Counted from the first letter of the stretch, positions 17,250 through 28,127 are shown. The stretch is DNA of 32,000 nucleotides from Coprobacillaceae bacterium (GCA_963675915.1 OY780959.1:1470001-1502000); one strand, 5' to 3'. Made by a program: numbers and translations. Notes: generated by a model from the letters alone, not told the origin.

Positions 17250-18029
17250 ATGGCGATTACAGAACTTATTATTATTTTTACAGTGGGAATCTTATCCGGA
17301 TTTTTGAATGTCAGTGCCGGAGGCGGATCTTTGATAACTATGCCGGTTTTGATTTTCTTAGGGTTGCCGTCAGCTGTAGCCAACGGTACCAACCGAGTAG
17401 CCCTAATGGCTCAAAATATCATTGCAATCTCGAATTTCAAGAAAAACGGCTACTTTGATGTTAAACTTAATCTGATGCTGGCGATTCCGGCGCTTTTGGG
17501 TTCATTGGCCGGATCCCAGTTTGCAGTATTGATCTCGGACCAAGTATTTGATACTGTCCTGGCCCTGGTAATGGTGATGGTCCTTGTCCTGACCATCACC
17601 GAGCCTCACAAAAAGTTGCACATCAGCCATTTCGAGTTGACAAACAAGCATAAAATCATCTCAATGATAGTGTTCTTTTTCATCGGAATGTATGGCGGTT
17701 TTATCCAAGCCGGAGTCGGTTTGATAATCATTGCCGCCTTGACGATGCTGACAGGCTATTCACTGGTCAAAATCAATGGCATGAAAGTATTCATTGTCGC
17801 AATCTACATGTCAGTTTCATTACTGGTATTTTTAGTCAACGGCAAAGTCGATTGGGTCATCGGAATCGCTTTGGCTTTAGGCAATGGCCTCGGCGGTTTT
17901 CTCGGCAGCCATTTTTCAATCACCAAGGGCGAAAAATGGATCAAAACAATTATGATTGTCGCCGTGATTTTGATGGCAGCCAAACTATTTGGCTTATTGG
18001 ACCTGATTGGAAACAGTCTAGGTAATTAG
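17250..18029 (+). CDS. TauE/SafE family sulfite/anion exporter-like permease
   Basis: ORF-track frame 17229..18029. I prefer the ATG at 17250, downstream of GAGAGGGGA. The product has about 8 TM and an internally duplicated pattern with G-rich helices (GGGSLITMP ... GGFIQAGVG). Confidence 0.8.
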   Translation: MAITELIIIFTVGILSGFLNVSAGGGSLITMPVLIFLGLPSAVANGTNRVALMAQNIIAISNFKKNGYFDVKLNLMLAIPALLGSLAGSQFAVLISDQVFDTVLALVMVMVLVLTITEPHKKLHISHFELTNKHKIISMIVFFFIGMYGGFIQAGVGLIIIAALTMLTGYSLVKINGMKVFIVAIYMSVSLLVFLVNGKVDWVIGIALALGNGLGGFLGSHFSITKGEKWIKTIMIVAVILMAAKLFGLLDLIGNSLGN

Positions 18030-18116
18030 AACCACTCATGATATCCGCTTGTACTTGTGGCAGATTGGTCGGATTTTGATGGTTTCCTGCAAATAGCCCA
18101 GCGGATTAACAACACC

Positions 18117-18154
18117 AAAAACAGCTCCCAATTCAAACTTGGGAGCTGTTTTTT
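18117..18154. terminator. bidirectional terminator between the convergent TauE-like and PNPOx-like genes
   Basis: AAAA-ACAGCTCCCA-attcaaact-TGGGAGCTGT-TTTTT (10 bp stem). Confidence 0.8.
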
Positions 18155-18169
18155 ATTCTAGTTTTTGTT

Positions 18170-18643
18170 TCAACCGCGATTGGATTTACAGCTGATTGTA
18201 TCGACTTCGAGTTTGATCACCAAAAGATTCTTAACCATTGTCTCGGGATACTTCCAGTCTTTTTTATCAGAATAGGTGGCCATGATGCAATCCAGAGCAT
18301 GCTTTTTCGCCGCCAAATCCTCCAAGATAGTTACTCGGCCCGTCCCAATCACACTCTCATAGCGACATGTATAATTGCTCGCTTCTGGTCCTTCGACAAT
18401 TTTTATAATGCGATCCAGTTCGAATCCGGCGAATGGCGATTTTTCAATCAGTCCTTTTTTCTTTCCCGCATCAGCACCATGAAAATAGAATACCCTTCCG
18501 GTTTGGATATGTTCAAAACCGAAATTCAACGGAACCACATAAGGGCAATCTCCATCATTTAGCGCCAATCGCAAACATTCACATTTCCCGATAATCGCAT
18601 CGATAACCACGTTATCAGTTACTTCCCGATCTGTTCTTCTCAT
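18170..18643 (-). CDS. pyridoxamine 5'-phosphate oxidase-like FMN-binding (split-barrel) family protein
   Basis: ORF-track 157 aa. MRRTDREVTD..., the VFYFHGA stretch (HGA motif) and overall similarity point to the PNPOx/Nim-like family. Confidence 0.75.
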   Translation of the reverse strand: MRRTDREVTDNVVIDAIIGKCECLRLALNDGDCPYVVPLNFGFEHIQTGRVFYFHGADAGKKKGLIEKSPFAGFELDRIIKIVEGPEASNYTCRYESVIGTGRVTILEDLAAKKHALDCIMATYSDKKDWKYPETMVKNLLVIKLEVDTISCKSNRG

Positions 18644-18689
18644 CTGATTTTCCCCCTGTACTTGATCTTGTAATCATGATACACTGATA

Positions 18690-18717
18690 TTGATTCCATT
18701 AAAAGTGCCAATAATAT
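18690..18717 (+). promoter_or_regulatory. candidate promoter of the MocR-type regulator, overlapped by a repeat half-site
   Basis: TTGATT, 16 nt spacer, TAATAT. The direct repeats GTGCCAAT (18705-18712) and GTACCAAT (18729-18736) are 24 bp apart. Confidence 0.4.
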
Positions 18718-18753
18718 TAAATTTAAAGGTACCAATTTTGACAGGAGGATAAG

Positions 18754-20211
18754 ATGATTTTTGTCGACCACCAAAGTTCCACTTCACTTCAAACCCAGAT
18801 TTACCGCCAGATTGTCGAACAGATAATAACTGGCAATTTCCAGCCGGGGGACTTGCTGCCAGCCACCCGCAAGCTCGCCCTCGAACTTTCAGTCAGCCGC
18901 AATACCGTTTTGGGAGCCTACTCGCAGCTAACAGCCGAAGGTTATGTGGAAAGCCAGATTGGCAGTGGCTATCGGGTTTGCGCTCTTCCCGTCCGACTAA
19001 TTTCAAGTAGCAGTGAGCCCCAAAGCAAAGAAAGCAACGAGTCAAAAACTCACCAAGACAACAAGCAATTCCGTTTTTCATTCGAGTACGGCTCGGTTGA
19101 CAACAGCATCTTCCCCTATACCCAATGGAAAAAAAGTCTTAACCGGACCCTAGATGGGATGGTTGAGTTGCCGGCCCATACCTACCCGGAGCGCCAAGGT
19201 CTTTTCAAACTCCAAAAAAACCTCTGTTTATATCTGTTCCATGCCCGCGGAGTCAACTGTCGCCCCGAGCAGATAGTTATCACCTCAGGTCATCAGTATT
19301 CAATGGAAATAGTTGCCAATATTTTCAAAAACACCTCCAAGAAATTCGCGATTGAAAATCCCGGTTACGATGGCACCCGGAAAATTTTCGAGAATCACGA
19401 TTTCACCATTATGCCTGTCAACCTTGACAGTTCCGGTGTCAAGCTCGAAGAACTCCGGGATATCCGCCCCGATTTGCTGTACCTGACTCCGTCCCATCAA
19501 TACCCCACCGGAGCGGTTTTGCCAATTGGTAAAAGATATGAAATCCTGGACATGGCGGCCAATAAGGATTTTTATGTAATCGAGGATGATTACGACAGCG
19601 AACTGCGATACGATACCGCCCCTATCCCCTCGCTCTATTCGCTCGATCGCTGCGGGCGGACCATTTATGCCGGGACCTTCTCCAAGACCCTGTTCCCTGC
19701 CCTCAGGATGGCATTTCTCGTGCTCCCTGAAAATCTGATGGATCGCTACCACGAATTTTACGGCCGCTACAATTCCCGGGTTTCATCGCTGATGCAGCTG
19801 ACTTTGGCAGACTTCATCGAAACCGGCCATTATCAACGCCATCTCAGCAAAATTCGGGTGCTGTATAAAAAAAGACAAAAGGAATTCCTCAACGCCTTCA
19901 ACCAGGTTTTCGGCAACCAGGCTACATTAACCGGTGATCTAGCCGGGGTCCATTTTTTAGTCACAGTCAAAAACTGCCCGCTACCTGAAAAGATGATTGA
20001 ACGGATTCGCGAAAGCGGCATCAACATCACCGACAGCATTCCTTATTATCTCAAACCATTAAAAAAACCGAATGGTCAATTCATCATCAGTTTTGCCAGT
20101 GTCAAACCGGACCATTATCAGCCAGGCTTACAGGCCCTCAAGGACGCTATCTTCACCAGCGACGACCAACAAACCTCAACACCAAATCTTGTCAACTTTT
20201 CAAATAATTAG
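18754..20211 (+). CDS. MocR/GabR/PdxR-type regulator (GntR wHTH fused to a fold-type I PLP aminotransferase-like domain)
   Basis: ORF-track 485 aa. The N-terminal part has GDLLPATRKLALELSVSRNTVLGAYSQLTAEGY. The C-terminal aminotransferase-like part has YAGTFSKTLFPALRMAF with the PLP lysine context. Confidence 0.88.
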   Translation: MIFVDHQSSTSLQTQIYRQIVEQIITGNFQPGDLLPATRKLALELSVSRNTVLGAYSQLTAEGYVESQIGSGYRVCALPVRLISSSSEPQSKESNESKTHQDNKQFRFSFEYGSVDNSIFPYTQWKKSLNRTLDGMVELPAHTYPERQGLFKLQKNLCLYLFHARGVNCRPEQIVITSGHQYSMEIVANIFKNTSKKFAIENPGYDGTRKIFENHDFTIMPVNLDSSGVKLEELRDIRPDLLYLTPSHQYPTGAVLPIGKRYEILDMAANKDFYVIEDDYDSELRYDTAPIPSLYSLDRCGRTIYAGTFSKTLFPALRMAFLVLPENLMDRYHEFYGRYNSRVSSLMQLTLADFIETGHYQRHLSKIRVLYKKRQKEFLNAFNQVFGNQATLTGDLAGVHFLVTVKNCPLPEKMIERIRESGINITDSIPYYLKPLKKPNGQFIISFASVKPDHYQPGLQALKDAIFTSDDQQTSTPNLVNFSNN

Positions 20212-20279
20212 TACAATACTATAGTAAACAACCATTTATTCAAACCCATCAATTCACCATCACCAAAGGAGGAAACCCA

Positions 20280-21221
20280 ATGTTAATAAAGAAATTTGTC
20301 TGCGATTATGTTTGTCTGGACCTGGAAACGACTGGACTGTCAAAAGACCGTGACCGGATAATCGAAATCGCAATTGTCGTTGTCAAAGACAATCTGATTG
20401 TTGAGAAATTCACCACTTTGATCAACCCCGGATTCAAAATCAGCCGTAAGATTACTGAGATCACCGGGATCACTAATGAAATGTTGATTGATGCTCCGAT
20501 TCTTGATAATTGTATCAAAGAAAAAGTGATCAGTTTGATTGGTGACCAGGTCATTATGGGTCACAATGTGACTTTCGACCTCAACTTTCTAAAAGCCCAG
20601 ATCCATGATTTTCGAAACGACCACGTAGACACTCTGGCAATCTCCCGGATTTGCCTGCCGCATTTAGGACATCACAGGCTTTGTGATCTATCCGATTTCT
20701 TCAATATAGAAACCGAATTCCACCGGGCCCTGAATGACGTGATGGCGACAATATCCGTCTTCAACAACCTTGCCAACTATGCCACTGCCAGGCAGATCGA
20801 AATTGGCCAAACCAGATCTAGCTCCAAGTACCGCAAATATTACCGCCGCAATAATGGAGATGAGCGAATCAGCAAGGAAGAACTCAAGGAAAAATTGAAA
20901 GCCAAATGCGAGTGCGATCTCGATGCCATCCCGGCCAATAACTGTTTTAACGGCATTCATGTCTGCTTCACCGGGAACCTCAGCCTGCCGCGAGGCCATT
21001 TCCATCAATTCCTGGAGATCGTCGGGGGCATCCCCGATAAAGGCGTGACCAAGAAAACCAATTTACTGGTGATTGGCGGCTATGACTTGAACAGTGGCCT
21101 GAAAGGTGATAAGAGCACCAAACACCTCAAAGCCCTGAAACTTCAGGACGAAGGCCAGGATATCCGGATTATCGACGAGAAATCCTTCTATCTTCTTATC
21201 GATAACCTGAGTCACCAATAA
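20280..21221 (+). CDS. DEDDh (DnaQ/epsilon-like) 3'-5' exonuclease fused to a C-terminal BRCT domain
   Basis: ORF-track 313 aa. Exo motifs are CLDLETTGL, GHNVTFDLNFL and HRALNDV. The C-terminal FNGIHVCFTGNLS...GVTKKTNLLVIGG is BRCT-like. An AAGGAGGA SD is present. Confidence 0.8.
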   Translation: MLIKKFVCDYVCLDLETTGLSKDRDRIIEIAIVVVKDNLIVEKFTTLINPGFKISRKITEITGITNEMLIDAPILDNCIKEKVISLIGDQVIMGHNVTFDLNFLKAQIHDFRNDHVDTLAISRICLPHLGHHRLCDLSDFFNIETEFHRALNDVMATISVFNNLANYATARQIEIGQTRSSSKYRKYYRRNNGDERISKEELKEKLKAKCECDLDAIPANNCFNGIHVCFTGNLSLPRGHFHQFLEIVGGIPDKGVTKKTNLLVIGGYDLNSGLKGDKSTKHLKALKLQDEGQDIRIIDEKSFYLLIDNLSHQ

Positions 21222-21235
21222 AAAAAGATAATAAC

Positions 21236-21272
21236 AAAAAACCGAGCCCTGAATTAAAAAACTCGGTTTTTT
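21236..21272. terminator. probable bidirectional terminator between the exonuclease and pilin-like genes
   Basis: AAAAA-ACCGAG-(15 nt loop)-CTCGGT-TTTTT. The short stem and large loop make it weak. Confidence 0.45.
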
Positions 21273-21293
21273 AATTATATTACCGGATTATAA

Positions 21294-22184
21294 TCAAATT
21301 ACTTTCTTCCAGAAACCATTACCGGATATGTACTGATCATTATTATCACCAAGATTGACTAACTGGTCGTATATCATCCCATCATGAATCACCTCTTGGG
21401 TTCCATCATCCACGTCATTATCATAGTAGCGATAGTATGATCCGTTGATGGAAATCAAATTTGAATCAACTCTTTTCACAATATCACTTTGGGAGGATGC
21501 AACAAAGAAAACATCTGTCAGATCATTAGAAACCATTGGTACCCAATACATGGTCTCATCGGCCCCGATCAATCCCGCCTCACCGCTGGTAAGTATCGGA
21601 TAGCCACCATTTTCTTCTTTTTGAAGATTATTTTGGAGATACTTAGAATAGGCTTTAATCCGCTTGTCTGGATCCTTCTCTTTTTTTGCAATAAATATAT
21701 CTAACGCCACGACCTTATTGATATTGCTTGCCACCACCTGGACGTCATCGAGGACCATGATCTGATTGTTTGGTTCGACCAAGATATTCTTGGTAACTCC
21801 CTCGTCATTGCTGTAGGTGAACAGATATGAACTTTTAGACATTGTGACGTTGCCTAAAGTTCTAGCTTCTTCGATATATTCGAGCCGGTTTACGACCAGA
21901 CCGGTCTCAATGACATTAGAATTGATTGCCACGACAATATCATTGGTTGTTGAAGTTGAGTCATCGCGATAAGCCGCAGCGATGGAAGCATGTTTTGATC
22001 CCGCGAGATATTTCATTTCCTCGACTTGGATATCGAGATAGATAGTTCTGGCTTCAGCGATATAGCGCGCCTCATTTGCATCATTGATATAACTTAATAC
22101 ACTGGGAACCGCCACTGCCGCCAAGATCGCCATAATCACCAGGACCACAATTATTTCCACTAATGTAAATCCCTTATTGTTCAT
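21294..22184 (-). CDS. prepilin-type N-terminal cleavage/methylation domain protein (type IV pilin / pseudopilin-like) with an unknown ~250-aa C-terminal domain
   Basis: ORF-track 296 aa. It starts MNNKG|FTLVEIIVVLVIMAILAAVAVPS, the class III signal peptide with Glu+5. Confidence 0.8.
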   Translation of the reverse strand: MNNKGFTLVEIIVVLVIMAILAAVAVPSVLSYINDANEARYIAEARTIYLDIQVEEMKYLAGSKHASIAAAYRDDSTSTTNDIVVAINSNVIETGLVVNRLEYIEEARTLGNVTMSKSSYLFTYSNDEGVTKNILVEPNNQIMVLDDVQVVASNINKVVALDIFIAKKEKDPDKRIKAYSKYLQNNLQKEENGGYPILTSGEAGLIGADETMYWVPMVSNDLTDVFFVASSQSDIVKRVDSNLISINGSYYRYYDNDVDDGTQEVIHDGMIYDQLVNLGDNNDQYISGNGFWKKVI

Positions 22185-22207
22185 CTTTCAACCCCCCTTT
22201 GTTTAAT

Positions 22208-22236
22208 ATATTACACTATGGTGAAAAAAAGTGCAA
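22208..22236 (-). promoter_or_regulatory. candidate promoter of the pilin-like gene
   Basis: On the minus strand: TTGCAC, 17 nt spacer ending in TG, TAATAT. Confidence 0.5.
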
Positions 22237-22299
22237 CAACCACGCTCAAGAAATGGTTGATATTAGTGTGATAATTTTTACCATTTAGAATTCAGGTAG

Positions 22300-22336
22300 C
22301 AAAAAAGTCAGTGGCCTTTAAGGTAACACCGACTTT
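22300..22336 (-). terminator. terminator after the 6-phospho-beta-glucosidase gene
   Basis: On the minus strand: AAGUCGGUG...CCACUGACUU (9 bp including one G-U) followed by UUUUUU. Confidence 0.6.
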
Positions 22337-22345
22337 GATTGATTA

Positions 22346-23812
<1,467 letters not shown>

Positions 23813-23864
23813 TTAAAACAACTAAATTAATAAAATAACTTTTCCGGCTTTCAAGCTGGCGAAC

Positions 23865-24509
23865 CTAATCCATCAGTTTGATTTTCACCAGTCCCGGCTT
23901 CATGTTGCGCATGAAGATATCCAATAACGGACCGAAAATTATCATTGCAATCACTGTCCCTTCACGTACAGTAATCGGATCTTTGAACGCAAAAGACAAT
24001 CCCAGCGAGATGACAATCGCCAGAATATCCACAAATTGCCGGATCGATCCGAACTTGCGGTTGATCTTCTCGGCAATAACCATACAGCACGATTCCAGCG
24101 GGAAACAGATCAGGTTGATCGACATGATCAATGAGACCGCCAAGGAACAGATCAGAACCGATAGGATCAACAAAGCCATGTTGATGTAGTAACTGTCGAT
24201 TGTGAACTGCGAATAGACATTGTAGATCATAAAGTTGACCACAACTCCCAGCAATATCGAAACAAATATCTGCGAAACATGCGTCAATTTGAATTCTTTT
24301 TTTAGCAAGGCCAACTGAACCAGGACACAACTGATATTAAGCAGCATCGAGAATGTTCCGACCTTGATATTGATAACCCTTGAAACACTAAGACTCAAAG
24401 CATCCCAGGCTCCAACACCGATAGCCGCCTTGATTCCCAAGCTAGCTCCCATGGCAGTCAGAATCATACATCCGATCACAAAAGCAAATCTGTATATATT
24501 TTTCTTCAT
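23865..24509 (-). CDS. YczE/YyaS/YitT-like integral membrane protein
   Basis: ORF-track frame 23865..24521. I prefer MKKNIY (24509) behind GGAGGGAA. It has about 6 TM, and GIKAAIGVGAWDALSLSVS is typical of the YczE-like family as I recall it. Confidence 0.6.
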   Translation of the reverse strand: MKKNIYRFAFVIGCMILTAMGASLGIKAAIGVGAWDALSLSVSRVINIKVGTFSMLLNISCVLVQLALLKKEFKLTHVSQIFVSILLGVVVNFMIYNVYSQFTIDSYYINMALLILSVLICSLAVSLIMSINLICFPLESCCMVIAEKINRKFGSIRQFVDILAIVISLGLSFAFKDPITVREGTVIAMIIFGPLLDIFMRNMKPGLVKIKLMD

Positions 24510-24544
24510 TATTCCCTCCATAATTCATTATTCACTAACGTAAT

Positions 24545-24560
24545 AATAACCGTTTACATT
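24545..24560 (-). promoter_or_regulatory. cre-like (CcpA) site upstream of the yczE-like/GH1 genes
   Basis: On the minus strand, AATGTAAACGGTTATT differs from the WTGNAANCGNWNNCW consensus at one position. Confidence 0.3.
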
Positions 24561-24640
24561 TATGGAGGCAATCCAATAAACTGCACTCTTTAGGGTTCAA
24601 AAAATTGCAACAATCCATCCAAATCCTAGATCAAGTGGGA

Positions 24641-26140
24641 TCATATGTTGCTTTTGGCCGCGATGCGCAGTTGATGAAGATATTCCTGAATCTTGTTGAT
24701 ATCCCGTTGGGCCATGAACGGACTTACCATAACCAAGGGAATAAAAGTCTTGTCAGCCAGGGTTGCCGTAGTCAAAATCAGACCGACATTATCGATGTCA
24801 TCCACCATGCCATTGATAAATTCCTGATAAGTGTACCACCCGACCACTTCGATTTGTTCGCGGTATTTTTCCACAATCCGGGTCTCGATAAAACTTTTGA
24901 TACTTTCGTCAAAATCACAGACAATAGCAGTCTTGATTTTTTCACCCCAAGTCGAACGGGTCGCCACCAGATGCAAAGTCAGGTAGGCCAGCTCGGATTT
25001 TTTCAAATCGACCTGGGCCTGTTTTTGCACTACCGGCGCCATCTCGCTTGCCAGGAGGAATTCAAGAGGATAGAGTTCGACAATATTTTCATCAATCATA
25101 TTGGAGATGGGATAATTGTACTTAAGCCGGAGCAACATCGGCTCGATATAGATAAGCAGATTGCCAGTCAGCTTTTTCGATCCTGACAGAACATAGCCAT
25201 GTTTCAACTCCACCTGGGAGTAGAAATCATCGATAATCACGCTGGTCAGCTGTCCCTTGATTTTATCATGATCGGTCCCTTTGACAAATTGACAGGAAAG
25301 GAAGTAACTGGCAATCAAATCCCATTCATTCTCCGGCATCAACTCGCCAGTTGCTTTTTCAAACCTTTCCTTAATTTCTGCGATAACCGGAAGCTTTCCG
25401 GAATTTACAAACCGTTGATCCAAAAGATGATAACCGCGCCGATACCGGGCCAATGCCACTGAAATCAAATTGCTGACCAGGACCAGACTGTGACCGGAAA
25501 GAAAGTAGCCATGTTTTTTGGTTGTTTCATTGATGATCTCGAACAAAATGGTGTTGGTTTCAGTCAGCTCCTTGCTGCCAAAAAGGTAGTTGCATATCTT
25601 CATCGTCGAACTTTCATTGGTATTTTTCGACATCAGCCAGATGATGATGTTACGCTTGTCATACTCGCTGCATGAAAGTCTGATCCCGTTTTTAAGCGAA
25701 TAGCGCAAACTGAGATTCAAGCGGTCTTTGAGCCACTTCCGGGCATTGGCGACATCATTATTGAGGGTCGATACCGAAATAAACAGGATGTTGGCAAGAT
25801 TTTCAATATCCAACCGCTCAACCGTCGTCAGCTTGAGTAAAATATACAACTGCCTTTCCAAAGGCGAAGATGGCATCTCACTGATATACTCCTGGTCAAT
25901 CACCGCCCTGATGATATTGTTTTGACGGATGATATCCTTATTTTGGCGGGTCAGATAATAACCTTTTTTGAGCGCTGAATTGATTGCTACATCATATTGG
26001 CTGAGTTCCTTGTTTATTTCTTTGACATCAAACCGGATCGTACTCAAACTGACATTGCATTTTTCAGCCAGATTGGCTCCGGTTATGTAGCCATCCATAT
26101 TGAAAAGCAAATTCAGGATTTCTCTTCGTCGTCTGTTCAA
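24641..26140 (-). CDS. PRD-domain transcriptional regulator (LicR/MtlR-like: HTH + Mga-like HTH + 2 PRDs + EIIB-like domain, no EIIA)
   Basis: ORF-track frame 24641..26161. I prefer the TTG at 26140 because AGGAGGAAG lies 6 nt upstream. The N-terminal part is RRREILNLLF...ITGANLAEKCNVSLSTIRFDV. The C-terminal KTAIVCDFDES resembles an EIIB(Gat)-like phosphorylatable Cys. Confidence 0.75.
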   Translation of the reverse strand: MNRRRREILNLLFNMDGYITGANLAEKCNVSLSTIRFDVKEINKELSQYDVAINSALKKGYYLTRQNKDIIRQNNIIRAVIDQEYISEMPSSPLERQLYILLKLTTVERLDIENLANILFISVSTLNNDVANARKWLKDRLNLSLRYSLKNGIRLSCSEYDKRNIIIWLMSKNTNESSTMKICNYLFGSKELTETNTILFEIINETTKKHGYFLSGHSLVLVSNLISVALARYRRGYHLLDQRFVNSGKLPVIAEIKERFEKATGELMPENEWDLIASYFLSCQFVKGTDHDKIKGQLTSVIIDDFYSQVELKHGYVLSGSKKLTGNLLIYIEPMLLRLKYNYPISNMIDENIVELYPLEFLLASEMAPVVQKQAQVDLKKSELAYLTLHLVATRSTWGEKIKTAIVCDFDESIKSFIETRIVEKYREQIEVVGWYTYQEFINGMVDDIDNVGLILTTATLADKTFIPLVMVSPFMAQRDINKIQEYLHQLRIAAKSNI

Positions 26141-26244
26141 TTTGCTTCCTCCTAATTTCAAGTAAGTCTAAAAATAATCCACTAATATCATTATAAACCA
26201 TTATTCATCAATAACAACACCCCGCCCCCGGATAATTTTTCAAT

Positions 26245-26274
26245 CAAAGAAAAAGACATGCTGGCGCACGTCTT
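26245..26274 (-). terminator. terminator after folC
   Basis: On the minus strand: AAGACGUG-CGCCAG-CAUGUCUU followed by UUUCUUU. Confidence 0.55.
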
Positions 26275-26282
26275 TTGGTATC

Positions 26283-27572
26283 TTAGTCGCGATTGTCTGA
26301 TTTGAGAGCCTCGATCAATATCGGTCTGATTCCCAGAGCCAGATACAGCGAGCCGCAAACAATCAGGATGTCATCAGGTTCAAGGTTGGCCAAAGTTTGG
26401 CTAACCGCCACCGAAATGTCGTCATATGATTTGATATTGTCACAGTACTTCGTTGTGGCACTAGCCAGATCTTCTTGGCTTAAAGCCCGGGGATTATCCG
26501 GGGCCACCGCCACAAACCGGGATGCATGGGGACAAAGACTGTTCAAGATAGTATCATAATCCTTATCGGCCAGAACCCCCATCAAAATGGTAACTTTGCT
26601 TTTATCCATTTTCATCAGTGACTGCTCTAGAGCTTTGGCCCCACTCGGATTGTGGGAACCGTCAAGAATCACCAGCGGCTGGTGGCTAAGAACTTCCATC
26701 CGAGCCGGAAAGTGGGTGTTCTCAAGACCAAAACGGATCTGTTCTGGCGTGATTGCAACGCCCATTGCAATTAGTTGTTTAACCGCTTCAATCACCACCA
26801 GGCAATTATAAACCTGAAACTTACCAATCAGTGATTTGCGGTAAGCCACGTTTTCATAACTGAAATCAAAATAGTGCCAGTCATTAGCGTCCATCTCTAA
26901 CTTGTCAAGATCCGGAAGGACATATCTCCCTCCGGTGATTTCACAACGCCGGGCAATCACTTCAACCACTGTTTCCGGGGTTTTGGGATACACCACTGTG
27001 GTGCCCCCCTTGATAATCCCGGCTTTTTGAGTGGCAATCTGTTCGAGCGTGTCGCCTAAAAACGAAGTATGATCAAAACTGATTGACGTGATGATTTGCA
27101 ATATCGGGGCTGGAATCACATTAGTGGCATCTTCACTGCCGCCAAGGCCGACTTCAAGCACGACATAATCACATTTTTTTCGCTTATACCATTCAAAAGC
27201 AATGGCGGTCTGGATTTCAAAGTAACTTGGAAGCTCTTCGGTTTTTTCGTAATCAAGAAAACTGAAAGCATACTTGGCACACTCGGCGAATTCTGATTTG
27301 GCAATCATTTCCCCATCAATCTGCATCTGTTCACGGAAATCAAGGACATACGGGCTTAGATACAATCCGGTTTTATAATTGGCAGCACTCAGGATGTTCG
27401 ACAGCATTTTGGCAGTCGAACCTTTTCCGTTGGTTCCGGCAATATGGATGAAGTTGAGTTCATTTTGGGGGTTCCCCATCTTCTCCAGGAGTAACCTGAT
27501 TCTTTCAAGTCCCAGTCTTATTTCACCGCTCTTGAACTGGTCCAGCAATTCCATAGCTTTTGAATATTCCAT
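26283..27572 (-). CDS. folC: bifunctional folylpolyglutamate synthase / dihydrofolate synthase
   Basis: ORF-track 429 aa, with the Mur-ligase P-loop HIAGTNGKGST and the typical FolC N-terminal LGLERIRLLLEKMGNPQ. Confidence 0.92.
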   Translation of the reverse strand: MEYSKAMELLDQFKSGEIRLGLERIRLLLEKMGNPQNELNFIHIAGTNGKGSTAKMLSNILSAANYKTGLYLSPYVLDFREQMQIDGEMIAKSEFAECAKYAFSFLDYEKTEELPSYFEIQTAIAFEWYKRKKCDYVVLEVGLGGSEDATNVIPAPILQIITSISFDHTSFLGDTLEQIATQKAGIIKGGTTVVYPKTPETVVEVIARRCEITGGRYVLPDLDKLEMDANDWHYFDFSYENVAYRKSLIGKFQVYNCLVVIEAVKQLIAMGVAITPEQIRFGLENTHFPARMEVLSHQPLVILDGSHNPSGAKALEQSLMKMDKSKVTILMGVLADKDYDTILNSLCPHASRFVAVAPDNPRALSQEDLASATTKYCDNIKSYDDISVAVSQTLANLEPDDILIVCGSLYLALGIRPILIEALKSDNRD

Positions 27573-27575
27573 GGG

Positions 27576-28127
27576 TTACTTCCCTCGATTCACTACTTTG
27601 ATTACAAATTTTGAAATAAAGAAGATCAGTGCAATTTCAATCGGAACAAAGATTATCTGTTTTACTGCTCTGGTTGAGAATGTGAGCCAATATGGCATTC
27701 CAAATTGAATATTGAGCCATAAAGTTCCCAGTCCCAGACTGACAAAAATTGAAGTCATTACCCGGGCAATTGAAATTCTCAATACGGTATTTTTCAACTT
27801 ATACAACACCAGCCCGAAGATAAATCCATTCAAAAAAGCATTCAAAGTCCACCCTGGGAAAAATGCTCCTCCCTGAGGGTTGATCATAAATGAGATAATG
27901 TCGCTCAAGGCTCCGGTTGCTCCACCGACAAAAGGTCCAAACAATAACCCGGAAATAGCTACCGGTATCAGGCTGAATGAAATTTTGGCGCTCGGGAAAA
28001 GCAGGACTGTATAGTTCCCCAGAATTCCAAAGATTACACTAAGAGCCAATAACATGGCTGCAGTTGTCAAGGTCTTGACTGACTTCAATTCTAATGCTGA
28101 TTCTCTTAAATTTTTTGATACGTTCAT
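27576..28127 (-). CDS. folT: folate ECF transporter S component
   Basis: ORF-track 183 aa with about 6 TM. It lies directly upstream of folC and downstream of a THF riboswitch. Confidence 0.85.
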   Translation of the reverse strand: MNVSKNLRESALELKSVKTLTTAAMLLALSVIFGILGNYTVLLFPSAKISFSLIPVAISGLLFGPFVGGATGALSDIISFMINPQGGAFFPGWTLNAFLNGFIFGLVLYKLKNTVLRISIARVMTSIFVSLGLGTLWLNIQFGMPYWLTFSTRAVKQIIFVPIEIALIFFISKFVIKVVNRGK

